The notes under the pieces were generated by a model. It searched no databases, had not been told where the DNA came from, and saw only the letters and a program-made list of their open reading frames with translations. This document shows positions 1 through 9,072 of a DNA stretch of 26,200 bases, in pieces. Source of the DNA: a virus (lineage: Duplodnaviria > Caudoviricetes); the IMG/VR virus record IMGVR_UViG_3300045978_000235, positions 1 through 26,200 of that record; one strand, 5' to 3'. Both the position numbers and the translations under genes were made by a program. Every line of letters starts with the position of its first letter. Positions within the stretch are counted from its first letter, which is position 1.

Positions 1-47
1 CCCCAACTCCTCCCCTGTCAACTTTTTGGCATACCCTAGGGGTTGCA

Positions 48-1838
48 ATGGCGAGTCCGTATCGTCTGCCCGACGCTGAACGTCAGGCTCGCGGTACATG
101 GCGGGCTGACCGGTCAACGATGGTCGCGCCCAGACCGGACCCTGATCCGACTCCCAGCCCTCCCCGGCATTACAGCGCCATAGCAGCCCGCTATACGGCC
201 GATGTCCTGGCGGGAACCATTCCCGCCGGGAAATGGCTCCGCCTGGCCTGCGCCCGTCAACAGCGCGACATGGATCGGGACTGGACCGACTCGAGCTGGC
301 CTTACACGTACCGCCCGGATGCGGTCGCACACGTCTGTACGTTCATCGAGAAGTTGCCGCATGTCGAAGGCCGCTGGAAAACGCCCACGCTGACCCTCGA
401 GCCCTCGCAGATCTTCCTGCTCGCGTGTCTATTCGGCTGGCGGCTGAAAGCGGATCTGACGCGGCGCCGGTTTACCACGCTGTACTGGGAAATGGGCCGG
501 AAGGGCGCGAAGTCGACGCTGATGGCGGCCATCGCGCTCTACCATCTGCTCGAGGAGGGTGAAGTCGGGCCGCAAGTGATCTGCGGGGCAACCACAGGTT
601 CCCAGGCGCGGATTGTGTTCAACATCGCGGCGCTGATGGTCAAACGCGCGGCATGGCTGCGCGGCGCCGGCCTCACGCCGTATGCGTCGGCCATTCGCAG
701 CTTAGATGGCACGATGAAACCCATCAACGCGAAATCCTCGACGCAGGATGGGTTGAATCCCTCCTGTATCGTCCTGGACGAATCACACGCGCAGGCCTTC
801 GAGCTGCATGACGTGTTGAAGAGCGCGCAGGGCGCGCGCCTCAATCCCTTGCTGCTGTGTCCGACGACGGCTGGTTACGATCTGCTCTCCGTCGGGTATG
901 CGCTGCGACTCACGCTGATGAAAGTGCTCGAGCAGGTTCAGGTGGCCGAGCATTTTTTCGGCGTCATCTATGCGCTGGACGAGGGCGATGATTGGCGGGA
1001 CGAACGGGTCTGGGTCAAGGCGAATCCGATGCTGGGCACGGGCACCCCGCTGCTCGAGCAGGTGCGCCGGCATTGCCTCGATGCCCAGAACACGCCAGGC
1101 CTAGAGGGCGAGTTCCGGGTGAAAGTCTGCTCGCTCTGGGCGAATGCGTCCTCCGTCTGGCTGTCGATGGCTGCCTGGGATCGCTGTGCCGATCCGACGA
1201 TCCGCCTTGAAGCCTTTGAGGGTGAACCCTGTTGGATCGGCGCCGACCTGGCGCAGCGTGACGACCTAGCAGCGGTCGCGCTCGTCTTTGAACGAGACGG
1301 CATCCTGTATGGTTTCATCCGCTGTTATCTGCCGGCGGATGTCGTGGTGGAACGAGCACGTACGGTCCCAGAGTATCGTCTCTGGGCTGAACGCGGCGAG
1401 CTCGTGATGACGGTGGGGCCGCTGATCGACTACAACCGCATTGAACAGGATCTCCGCGGCTGGTGCGCTCGCTTCCCTGTGCGAGATATTTGTTTTGACG
1501 AATTCGGATCGACGCAGATCAGTGGCACCCTTGCGACCGCTGGATTCCCGGCCCGCATGATGCCCAAGCGACTGAGTACCTGTACGGCGCCGGCGCGGGA
1601 GCTCGAGACGCGCGTTACGCATGGTCGGTTCCGGCACGATGGCAATAGCTGTCTGCGCTGGCAGGCCTCGAATGCCGTGGTGCAGCGCGGCCTCGCCAAC
1701 GATTCGCTCATGCCGCACAAAGAGACGAAGATGTCGCCGAACAAGATCGACGCGATTGATGCGCTGGTCTCAGCGATTGACGGGTATCAGCGTACCCGCA
1801 CCGCCATGCCCGATTATGCGATGCAGGTTGTCGGATGA
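48..1838 (+). CDS. terL: Terminase large subunit (HK97/Terminase_1 type) with a short TerS-like N-terminal extension
   Basis: LEPSQIF adenine-binding motif, Walker A variant MGRKGAKST, Walker B CIVLDESH, coupling motif TTAG, nuclease acidic motifs IGADLA and KIDAIDA. Confidence 0.95.
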   Translation: MASPYRLPDAERQARGTWRADRSTMVAPRPDPDPTPSPPRHYSAIAARYTADVLAGTIPAGKWLRLACARQQRDMDRDWTDSSWPYTYRPDAVAHVCTFIEKLPHVEGRWKTPTLTLEPSQIFLLACLFGWRLKADLTRRRFTTLYWEMGRKGAKSTLMAAIALYHLLEEGEVGPQVICGATTGSQARIVFNIAALMVKRAAWLRGAGLTPYASAIRSLDGTMKPINAKSSTQDGLNPSCIVLDESHAQAFELHDVLKSAQGARLNPLLLCPTTAGYDLLSVGYALRLTLMKVLEQVQVAEHFFGVIYALDEGDDWRDERVWVKANPMLGTGTPLLEQVRRHCLDAQNTPGLEGEFRVKVCSLWANASSVWLSMAAWDRCADPTIRLEAFEGEPCWIGADLAQRDDLAAVALVFERDGILYGFIRCYLPADVVVERARTVPEYRLWAERGELVMTVGPLIDYNRIEQDLRGWCARFPVRDICFDEFGSTQISGTLATAGFPARMMPKRLSTCTAPARELETRVTHGRFRHDGNSCLRWQASNAVVQRGLANDSLMPHKETKMSPNKIDAIDALVSAIDGYQRTRTAMPDYAMQVVG

Positions 1839-2017
1839 ACGATCCCAGGAAACGGCCGCGGGGCCGGCCCAAAGTGGAACCGAGTGGGACGGTGTCTGTC
1901 TGGTTACGCGCGGGTGAACATGATCGCCTGATTGCCTTGGCGAAACGCGAAGAAAAAACCATCAGCTGCCTGGTGCGCGAGCTGGTGCGGCTGCGAATTT
2001 CCCTACAAGACAAATAA
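1835..2017 (+). CDS. Small ribbon-helix-helix (Arc/CopG-like) DNA-binding protein with N-terminal RPRGRPK motif
   Basis: ATGA overlap with the terL stop. Beta strand VSVWL followed by helices HDRLIALAKREE and TISCLVRELV. Confidence 0.7.
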   Translation: MNDPRKRPRGRPKVEPSGTVSVWLRAGEHDRLIALAKREEKTISCLVRELVRLRISLQDK

Positions 2018-2027
2018 CGGCCAGGCC

Positions 2028-2050
2028 AGTGTGACCTACCCTGTCACACT
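2028..2050. promoter_or_regulatory. Inverted repeat AGTGTGAC-N7-GTCACACT just upstream of the capsid gene; candidate operator
   Basis: Perfect 8-bp arms at 2028-2035 and 2043-2050, ending 3 nt before ATG 2054. The core TGTGAC-N7-GTCACA recurs at 16279-16297. Confidence 0.5.
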
Positions 2051-2053
2051 CGT

Positions 2054-3883
2054 ATGCTGGACCGCGCCTACGCGATCCTCGAAGTGAAGGCCTTTGACCT
2101 CGAGACCCGTACGATTACGGGCATCGCGGCCACCCCGACGCCAGACCGCCAGGGCGACATCTTCGAGCCGACCGGCGCCACCTTCGCGCGCGAGATTCCG
2201 CTGCTGCTGCACCACGACAAACAGCGTCCCGTCGGGGTGGCGCGCCTGTCCACCAGTCCAGGCGCAATTCTCTTTGAGGCCACCCTCGCGACGATTGAGA
2301 CCCCGGGACCCTTGCGCGAGCGGCTCGAGGAGACCTGGCAAAGTGTCAGAGCTGGTCTCCTGAAGGGGGTCTCGATTGGCTTCCGCGGGTTGTCGCAGGG
2401 CGTCAAGACGCTCAAGGCTGGCGGCCTGCATTTCCTGAAAACCGAAATCTGCGAGCTCTCGCTGGTCACCGTACCCGCGAACGTGGACGCCACCATTCTC
2501 ACCGTGAAATCGGCGGATGCGCCGTACTGCCAGGAGAAACGGATCATGACGACTGCTGAACAGATCACCGATTGCGAGAACCGGCGAGCGACCTGTGTCG
2601 CGCGGATGACCGCCATCCTGGACGATGAGAACCAGATGGACGAAGGGCGCCAGAAGGACTACGACGCGCTGCAAGTCGAGGTGGCTGATCTCGACGCGCG
2701 GCTGCCGCGCCTGCGCGCCTTCGAGAAAACCATGGCGGCGAGTGCGACACCGGTCGACATGGTGCTGTCGCCGGTGCGAACCACGACGGTGCCGACGCCC
2801 ATCATCCGCGTCAAGTCGAACGTGCAGCCGGGAACCGCGTTCGTGCGGTATTGCAAGGCCATGTTGGCCGCGAAGGGCAATCGGTTCGAGGCCATCGAAA
2901 TCGCCAAAGAATGGCGCGATACGCCGGAAGTCGAGCTGATTCTGCGTGCGGCCTCGGCGCCGGCCACGACGACGAATGTGCCCTGGGCCGGCGCACTCGT
3001 TCCGGGCCTGACGCATCTGGGCAGTGAGTTCATCGACATGCTGCGGCCGTCGACACTGCTCGGCCGCATCCCTGGCCTGAACGCGGTCCCGTTCAACGTG
3101 AAAGTCCCGCGACAGACCGCCGATGGCCTGGTCGCGTGGGTGGGCCAGGGCGCGCCCAAGCCGGTCTCGATGCTCGCCTTCGACAGCGTGTCGCTGGCCG
3201 AATACAAGATGGCCCAGATCCTGACGTTCACGCAGGAACTGGCGCGCAACAGCTCGCCGCGCGCCGAGGAAACCTTCCGCCGCGCCATGGTCGCGAAGAT
3301 GCAGCTGTTCATGGATCAGCAATTCATCGATCCGGCAGTGGCCGCGGTGGCCGGCGTGAATCCGGCGTCGATTACGAATGGCGTCACCGGCATTCCGGCT
3401 ACGGCCAATCCCCTGGTCGACATCGCCACCCTGCTGAACTCGTTTGTCACGGCCAATATTCCGCTGGACGGCGTGATGTTGCTGATGAGTCCGAGCAATG
3501 CGTTTGTGCTCAGCAATCGCCGCTCGGCCATGGGCGCGCCAGACTTCCCGTCCATCTCAATCAATGGCGGCTCGGTCGCTGGCGTCCCTGTCATCACATC
3601 GTCGGTGTGCGGCACTAACATCATCGGGCTGGTACCGAGTTACATCCTGTACGCCGATGACGGGGGCGTTCGCATCGATGTGTCGATAGAAGCATCGGTG
3701 CAGATGGTCGACAATCCCGGCACACCGGATGCGACCACGGTCTTTCGCTCGTTCTTTCAGGACAACCTGATCGGCCTGCGCGCCGAGCGATTCGTGGCTT
3801 GGGTCAAGGCGCACGCGAACGCCGTGAACATGATCACCAGCACCGCCTACGTACCCAACTTGGCGGAAGGGCCAGCCGTATAA
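2054..3883 (+). CDS. Fused prohead protease (HK97 family) and major capsid protein
   Basis: N-terminal ~150 aa has the protease motifs DRQGDI, PLLLHHD, GVSIGF and ELSLVTVPAN. A coiled-coil delta-like segment follows, then capsid motifs (AWVGQG..KP, FQDNLIGLRAERF). Confidence 0.92.
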   Translation: MLDRAYAILEVKAFDLETRTITGIAATPTPDRQGDIFEPTGATFAREIPLLLHHDKQRPVGVARLSTSPGAILFEATLATIETPGPLRERLEETWQSVRAGLLKGVSIGFRGLSQGVKTLKAGGLHFLKTEICELSLVTVPANVDATILTVKSADAPYCQEKRIMTTAEQITDCENRRATCVARMTAILDDENQMDEGRQKDYDALQVEVADLDARLPRLRAFEKTMAASATPVDMVLSPVRTTTVPTPIIRVKSNVQPGTAFVRYCKAMLAAKGNRFEAIEIAKEWRDTPEVELILRAASAPATTTNVPWAGALVPGLTHLGSEFIDMLRPSTLLGRIPGLNAVPFNVKVPRQTADGLVAWVGQGAPKPVSMLAFDSVSLAEYKMAQILTFTQELARNSSPRAEETFRRAMVAKMQLFMDQQFIDPAVAAVAGVNPASITNGVTGIPATANPLVDIATLLNSFVTANIPLDGVMLLMSPSNAFVLSNRRSAMGAPDFPSISINGGSVAGVPVITSSVCGTNIIGLVPSYILYADDGGVRIDVSIEASVQMVDNPGTPDATTVFRSFFQDNLIGLRAERFVAWVKAHANAVNMITSTAYVPNLAEGPAV

Positions 3884-3887
3884 GGTC

Positions 3888-5186
3888 ATGGCCTTCTTCT
3901 CGGCCCTGCGCTCGCGGATCGGTTCCGCCATCGCAGGGCGCCCTGTCTCCTCGTCTGGAGGGTGGTATCCGGTCGTCCGGGAATCGTTCACCGGCGCCTG
4001 GCAGCAGAACGTCGAGTTGCGTGTCGAAACCGCGCTCTCGAATCCCACGGTCTTCCGCTGCGTCTCGCTGATCGCCGGCGACATTGCCAAGACACCGCTG
4101 CGACTGGTGCGCTTGACGGATGACGGCATCTGGATCGAGACCGCCAGTCCCGCCTTCTCGCCGGTCTTGCGGAAACCGAACCACTACCAGACCATCAGTC
4201 AGTTTCTCGAGCAATGGGTGTTCTCGCGCCTGCTGTACGGGAATACCTACGTGCTCAAGGGACGGGATGACCGCGGGGTGGTCGTGGCGCTCTACGTGCT
4301 CGATCCCACAGGGGTCACGCCATTGGTCGCGCCTGACGGGAGCATCTATTACGAGATCAAGCGCAGCGACCTGGTCGGGCTGCCGGAAGGCGAGCTCGCG
4401 GTGCCGGCGCGCGACATCATCCATGACCGGTGGAACTGTGCCTTCCATCCGCTGATCGGGCTGAGTCCGCTCTATGCCTGTGGCGGGGCCGCGCTCGAGG
4501 CCAACACGATTCAGTCGCAGAGTACCGAGTTCTTCGCGAAGGGTGGACGCCCATCAGGGCTGCTGATTGCGCCGACGGAAATCGATCCGAAGACCGCCCA
4601 ACGCTTGAGCGAGACCTGGCACAGCCTGGGCCCTGGGAAGACTGCCGTGGTCGGCTTCGGGATGAAGTACCAGGACATCGGGACCACGGCGGTTGACAGT
4701 CAGCTCGCCGAACAGCGAGACGGGACCGTGGCGACCATTGCCGGCTGCTTCGGGGTGCCCGTGTCGTATGTCGACTCGAGCAAGCAGCCGCCGTATGCGA
4801 ACAGCGAAGCCACCCAGCTCCAGTTCCAGGCCCAGTGTCTCCAGGTCCATATGACGGCGATTGAAGCCGCACTCGATGAAGGGTTGGCACTCCCCATGCC
4901 CTATGGAACCGAATTCGACATCGATGCGTTGATCTGGATGGACACCGCGACGAAGACGGCGGCGGCGCGCGACGGCATCAATGCCGGCGCGCTGGCGCCG
5001 AATGAGGCGCGGTTCAAGTACTTCAACCTCGAGCCCGTCAAGGGTGGCGAAACGCCATTCCTGCAACAGCAGTACTGGCCGCTCTCGCAACTGGCCGAGC
5101 GGGATATTCCGGTGCCGGTGGGTCCTGCCTCGCCGGCGCCGAACCAGAACCAGCAGACGGTCGATGAGGACGTGACGGTGAACTAA
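3888..5186 (+). CDS. Portal protein, HK97 family
   Basis: VFRCVSLIAGDIAKTPL, PNHYQT, LLYGNTYV, GLSPL, FFAKGGRPSG, IAGCFGVP and APNEAR motifs. Confidence 0.95.
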   Translation: MAFFSALRSRIGSAIAGRPVSSSGGWYPVVRESFTGAWQQNVELRVETALSNPTVFRCVSLIAGDIAKTPLRLVRLTDDGIWIETASPAFSPVLRKPNHYQTISQFLEQWVFSRLLYGNTYVLKGRDDRGVVVALYVLDPTGVTPLVAPDGSIYYEIKRSDLVGLPEGELAVPARDIIHDRWNCAFHPLIGLSPLYACGGAALEANTIQSQSTEFFAKGGRPSGLLIAPTEIDPKTAQRLSETWHSLGPGKTAVVGFGMKYQDIGTTAVDSQLAEQRDGTVATIAGCFGVPVSYVDSSKQPPYANSEATQLQFQAQCLQVHMTAIEAALDEGLALPMPYGTEFDIDALIWMDTATKTAAARDGINAGALAPNEARFKYFNLEPVKGGETPFLQQQYWPLSQLAERDIPVPVGPASPAPNQNQQTVDEDVTVN

Positions 5187-5188
5187 CC

Positions 5189-5524
5189 ATGCCGCTCGAA
5201 TTCTCCAACGAAGTCCTGGGCGTGCAGCTCGTGTCACTGACGGTGGCGAAGAACCATCTGCATATCACCGACAGCGATCACGATGCGGACATCACCCAGA
5301 AGCTCGAGGCCGCGCAGGATCTCATCCTCGCCAAGCTGGGGCCGGCTGCCGATACGACCTGGACGGAAACGACGGTGCCGAAGCCTATCTACCACACCAT
5401 CTTGCTCGCCCTGGATGCGTTTGATCAGAACCGCGGAGGGGATGAAGCAAACGACAAACTGCAGAAAGCCTTGGCCTCGATCGATTTACTGCTCGCGAAG
5501 TACCGCGACCCCACGCTGGCATGA
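5189..5524 (+). CDS. Head-tail connector (HK97 gp6/SPP1 gp15-like)
   Basis: LVSLTVAKNHLHI..DHDADI..LEAA and C-terminal LLAKYR; located after the portal. Confidence 0.85.
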   Translation: MPLEFSNEVLGVQLVSLTVAKNHLHITDSDHDADITQKLEAAQDLILAKLGPAADTTWTETTVPKPIYHTILLALDAFDQNRGGDEANDKLQKALASIDLLLAKYRDPTLA

Positions 5525-5790
5525 ATACAGGCGCCACCTCGAACCTCGTGCAGTTGGATGTCCCTGACGGCGGAAATGGCTACCTGCCACTCGAGCCGCC
5601 GACCTGGTGGTGTGCTGCGCCAGAGGATCGCACCGGCACCGCGACATTCATCGGGCGATTCCATTCCGGCGTCACCACGGCGACGCGCGTCCACTACAAG
5701 GGCCGCGTGTATCACGTCGACGGGATCACCAATCGCAGCAATGGGCGTGATGTGGAGATGGAGCTGACGTGCCATGAGGTGTTCGACTGA
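5521..5790 (+). CDS. Head closure/stopper protein (SPP1 gp16-like)
   Basis: RVHYKGRVYHVDGI...ELTC motif, small size and synteny. Confidence 0.75.
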   Translation: MNTGATSNLVQLDVPDGGNGYLPLEPPTWWCAAPEDRTGTATFIGRFHSGVTTATRVHYKGRVYHVDGITNRSNGRDVEMELTCHEVFD

Positions 5791-6218
5791 TGCCGAAGAT
5801 GCTGGCGGGCGTCACGTTCACGGGGCTCGAGGAGTTCAAGCAGGAGCTGCAACTGCTCACCGAGAACCTGGTCGATGAAGCGAACACGATCATGCATGAC
5901 TTCGCTTCCGACGCCTTGGTGACGATTCAAGGCGCGTATCCGCGGCGGTCGGGCAACTTGCGCCGTGGACTCCGCTTGCGACCAGAGCGTGGACGGGTCA
6001 TCACCGGCGTCACGCTGGTGCAGACGGCACCCCACGGCTGGATCTATGAACACGGCACGAGGGACCGCGAAACGACGGCGGGAGCGAACCGCGGCCACAT
6101 GGAGCCCACCCCGACGTTTGAACCGATTGCAAACGACTATCACCACGCGGCCATCGATGCCGTGATCACGCGACTGTATGCCCACGGCGCCACGAGCGTC
6201 AGTGGCGAAGCTGCATAA
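5790..6218 (+). CDS. HK97 gp10-like tail completion/neck protein
   Basis: FTGLEEF, PRRSGNLRRG, IYEHGT and PTPTFEP motifs; synteny. Confidence 0.75.
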   Translation: MPKMLAGVTFTGLEEFKQELQLLTENLVDEANTIMHDFASDALVTIQGAYPRRSGNLRRGLRLRPERGRVITGVTLVQTAPHGWIYEHGTRDRETTAGANRGHMEPTPTFEPIANDYHHAAIDAVITRLYAHGATSVSGEAA

Positions 6219-6229
6219 GGAGTTTCATC

Positions 6230-6826
6230 ATGGCGATTAAAACGGGGCGGTACGGGAAAGTCTCGTGGGATCCGGCCGGCGGGACCGCATTGGTCGAGAT
6301 CGTGTCGCTCAATGCGTGGACGTTAAACATGGAAACAGAGCTGGAAAACGTAAGTTGTTTTTCTGACACGAACGCTGTGTATGTTCCGGGTTTACGGGAT
6401 TGTAAAGGGACCGTGGGTGGCTACCACAATTCTGCCGATCTCGCGCTCTGGAAAGCCGCCGATAGCGGTACGCCTGGAACGCTGAGCCTGATGCCGAACT
6501 CGCAGGAACCTGGCGTCAAGTATCAGGGTCTCGCGTACCTCAATGCGTCCATCGATTGCTCGCTCGCGGCGCCGAAGGTGACCGGCACCTGGGCTGCCGC
6601 GGGAAACTGGACGGTGCCTGGTGTGGTCACGGCCACGGGCGCGACAGCCGGTCTCCCTGGTTCATTCACGCCAGCCGGCGCCACTCCACCGTATGCGCTC
6701 TCGAACCTGACGGGCATCACGGCGTCGCCAGCCACGAATTGGACCATCGGCCAGCATGTGGAACTCGGCAACGGCACCGACGCGAACTGGAACGGCACCG
6801 CCTGGGTAGCGGGGGTCCATCAATAG
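6230..6826 (+). CDS. Major tail tube protein with C-terminal decoration segment
   Basis: Strong RBS TAAGGAG upstream. Beta-rich tube pattern (WTLNME..NVSCFSD..YVPGLRD). Lies between neck and chaperone genes. Confidence 0.8.
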   Translation: MAIKTGRYGKVSWDPAGGTALVEIVSLNAWTLNMETELENVSCFSDTNAVYVPGLRDCKGTVGGYHNSADLALWKAADSGTPGTLSLMPNSQEPGVKYQGLAYLNASIDCSLAAPKVTGTWAAAGNWTVPGVVTATGATAGLPGSFTPAGATPPYALSNLTGITASPATNWTIGQHVELGNGTDANWNGTAWVAGVHQ

Positions 6827-6829
6827 ACC

Positions 6830-7132
6830 GTGTTTCGCGAGACGGAAGATAACCCGAATTTTGCGCTCGAACTCTACGGCCCGCGCGCCACGTTGGTGTG
6901 GGGGTATCGGCCAGTCGCCACGTTGACGCATTGGCGCATCATCAAAGCTCGGAACTGGGTCCTGATGGCGACGTTCGATGCGGCGGATCGCTGGCAATGC
7001 TTGCAAGCCGCAAAGTATCGGGAACTGCACTTGACATACCCGCGCAAGGGCTACCGCTCGTGTTGGGAAGTGCGCGACATTTCGCTCGCTGGGTCTGAAC
7101 TGAGGGCAGTGCTGGGGCCACCGTTGCAATAG
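6830..7132 (+). CDS. Hypothetical protein in tail module
   Basis: Fills the gap between tail tube and chaperone; GTG start; no motif recognised. Confidence 0.6.
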   Translation: MFRETEDNPNFALELYGPRATLVWGYRPVATLTHWRIIKARNWVLMATFDAADRWQCLQAAKYRELHLTYPRKGYRSCWEVRDISLAGSELRAVLGPPLQ

Positions 7133-7146
7133 GAGCCGAGCTCATC

Positions 7147-7590
7147 ATGGGGAATCGATTCGTGCGGCCATCGACCACCACCCTTCAACTGTCAGACGGC
7201 GACACCATCACGGTCAAGACCAGGCTCACGCATGGCGAGCGTAGCGACAGTTACGCGCGCCAGTACCAGACCAACGACGAAGGGAAGCTCGAGCTCATTC
7301 CCGGTCAGATCAAGCTCTCGATGGTCACCGCCTACCTGGTCGATTGGTCGCTGACTGATGAGGCCGGCGAGCGGGTTGCCATCTTTGGCGAACCCGTCGA
7401 AACCGTGGAGCGGATTGTCAGGAATCTGTTTCCAGAAGACTTTGACGAAATCCTCTCTGCCATCGAGAAGCACGAGCTCGCACAGAAGCGGGCACGAGCG
7501 CAGGAAAAAAAACTGAAGCCAGCCGCCGACGCAGCGATCTCATCATCGCCCTCCGTTGTCGTTGGCGCGTCGACTGGGTCCGTGAGCTAG
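7147..7590 (+). CDS. Tail assembly chaperone (gpG-like)
   Basis: RBS AGGAG, LVDWSLTD motif, position before the tape measure gene, and an A8 slippery run near its 3' end. Confidence 0.8.
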   Translation: MGNRFVRPSTTTLQLSDGDTITVKTRLTHGERSDSYARQYQTNDEGKLELIPGQIKLSMVTAYLVDWSLTDEAGERVAIFGEPVETVERIVRNLFPEDFDEILSAIEKHELAQKRARAQEKKLKPAADAAISSSPSVVVGASTGSVS

Positions 7591-7655
7591 ATGAAGACGA
7601 CTACGACACGTTAGTCGAGCTCCTGACGGAACAAGACCATGCCGATCACGGCTAA
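7505..7655 (+). other. Programmed -1 frameshift site and gpGT-like extension
   Basis: CAG GAA AAA AAA CTG (A8 at 7505-7512). The -1 frame from 7512 reads TEASRRRSDLIIALRCRWRVDWVRELDEDDYDTLVELLTEQDHADHG to TAA at 7653-7655. Confidence 0.75.
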
Positions 7656-9072
7656 ATTCGTTGCTGATTTCGACGATTTCGATAAAGGCGTGAAGGACGC
7701 CGAGAAGAATCTCATCTCGTTCGAGACGGCGGCTGAACGCGCAGGTGGTCGGCTGATGGACCTTCAGGGCTATACCGATCCGACTGCCTCCGGGTTCGGC
7801 AGCATGACCGGCCAGTTGCGCGCCTTCGATAGTGCCTTGAGTGCCGCGGGCATCAAGATCACCCCAGCGGTTCGGGCGCTGGAGGAGCTGCAACGGGCAT
7901 CCTCCGCGACTGACCAATCCTTAGGCCTTCTCGGGAAATCAGCAGCGGCCGTGGCCGTCGGGTTCGCCACGTTCAATGTCACGAGTTGGATCCTCGGGCT
8001 CACGGGGCTCGACAAGGTCATCGGGGATCTCGGGGCGAAGCTCAATAGTGCTGCGCTCAATCAGGAAACCGCCGCGGCGAAGGCCGATGTCTTGGCCCGC
8101 GCTTCCCAGAATGCGGGCCGCGAAGTCACCAACTTCGCCGAGGCCGTTCGCATCAATGCGGAGGCGGCCGCGAAACTGCAACTCAACATGGGGCAGGCGG
8201 TCAATCCCGTGCGGGAGACCGCGCACGCGATCTCGAACTGGCAACGCGAAATCCGCGAAGTCCGGCGCGAAGGCAACATCGAGGCCCTGAACGCGGACCT
8301 CCAACTGCAAGCCTTTTCCCTCCAGGACCTCAGCACGAAATACGGCATCACCGTGGATGCCCTGGAGTATTACAAGCGCAAGAATGCCGAAGTGACGGCC
8401 TCCGAACTTGCGAATCGGAAGGCGATCGAGGCCCAGCGCATCAAGGACGATGCGGATCTCCGAAAGTTCTATAACGATATGGGCGTGCTCGAAATCGAAG
8501 CGGCGACCCGGGCTCAGGCCGCGCGTACCCAAGAGGCCGCCAACATCCGTGAGTTCTATAACTGGGTGGGCGAGCGCCGCATGGAAGATGAGGCCAAGGC
8601 GCTCGAAGCTGCCAAGCGGAAAGAAGAGGCCGCGGCCCGGGCTGGCGCCGAAGCGATGGAAGCGGCCATCAAGGAAGAACAAGCCCGCTGGGCCGCCCAA
8701 GGGCTCAATACCGAATTAGCGGCGACTCCCGCGGCTGCCGAACCCGCGGCCTCCAGCCTTCTCAACGTGGGGTATGCCGCGCAGCAGGCGACGAGTTTTC
8801 TGGCCGGCATGAGTGCTGAACTCCATACCGCGATTCGATCCGCGCAGCTCGTGGACGAGATCTCAGGGCGGGGGCAAACGGGGATCATCATCGGGGGCCC
8901 CGGCCTCCCCGTACAGTCACCCTCGCTCGCCTGGGGGCGGGCCTCGACCGCTCGGGCTGTCAACATCACGATCAACGGGTCGGTGCTCGGCAACAAGGAT
9001 GAAATCGCTCGGGTGGTCGGGGATTCCGTCATGGGGTCCTACCGTTCGGGTGGTTCCCGGGTGCCGGTCTGA
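7639..9072 (+). CDS. Tape measure protein (short, 477 aa)
   Basis: Starts ITAKFVADFDDFDKGV, Ala-rich helical body, C-terminal VNITING; follows the chaperone. Confidence 0.85.
   Translation: MPITAKFVADFDDFDKGVKDAEKNLISFETAAERAGGRLMDLQGYTDPTASGFGSMTGQLRAFDSALSAAGIKITPAVRALEELQRASSATDQSLGLLGKSAAAVAVGFATFNVTSWILGLTGLDKVIGDLGAKLNSAALNQETAAAKADVLARASQNAGREVTNFAEAVRINAEAAAKLQLNMGQAVNPVRETAHAISNWQREIREVRREGNIEALNADLQLQAFSLQDLSTKYGITVDALEYYKRKNAEVTASELANRKAIEAQRIKDDADLRKFYNDMGVLEIEAATRAQAARTQEAANIREFYNWVGERRMEDEAKALEAAKRKEEAAARAGAEAMEAAIKEEQARWAAQGLNTELAATPAAAEPAASSLLNVGYAAQQATSFLAGMSAELHTAIRSAQLVDEISGRGQTGIIIGGPGLPVQSPSLAWGRASTARAVNITINGSVLGNKDEIARVVGDSVMGSYRSGGSRVPV

Noticed and set aside
2036-3322. 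428-aa minus-strand ORF (likewise 14144-15112 + and 21776-22876 -)
   Set aside because: Antisense to well-supported genes (capsid, integrase, lyase); typical high-GC shadow frames.
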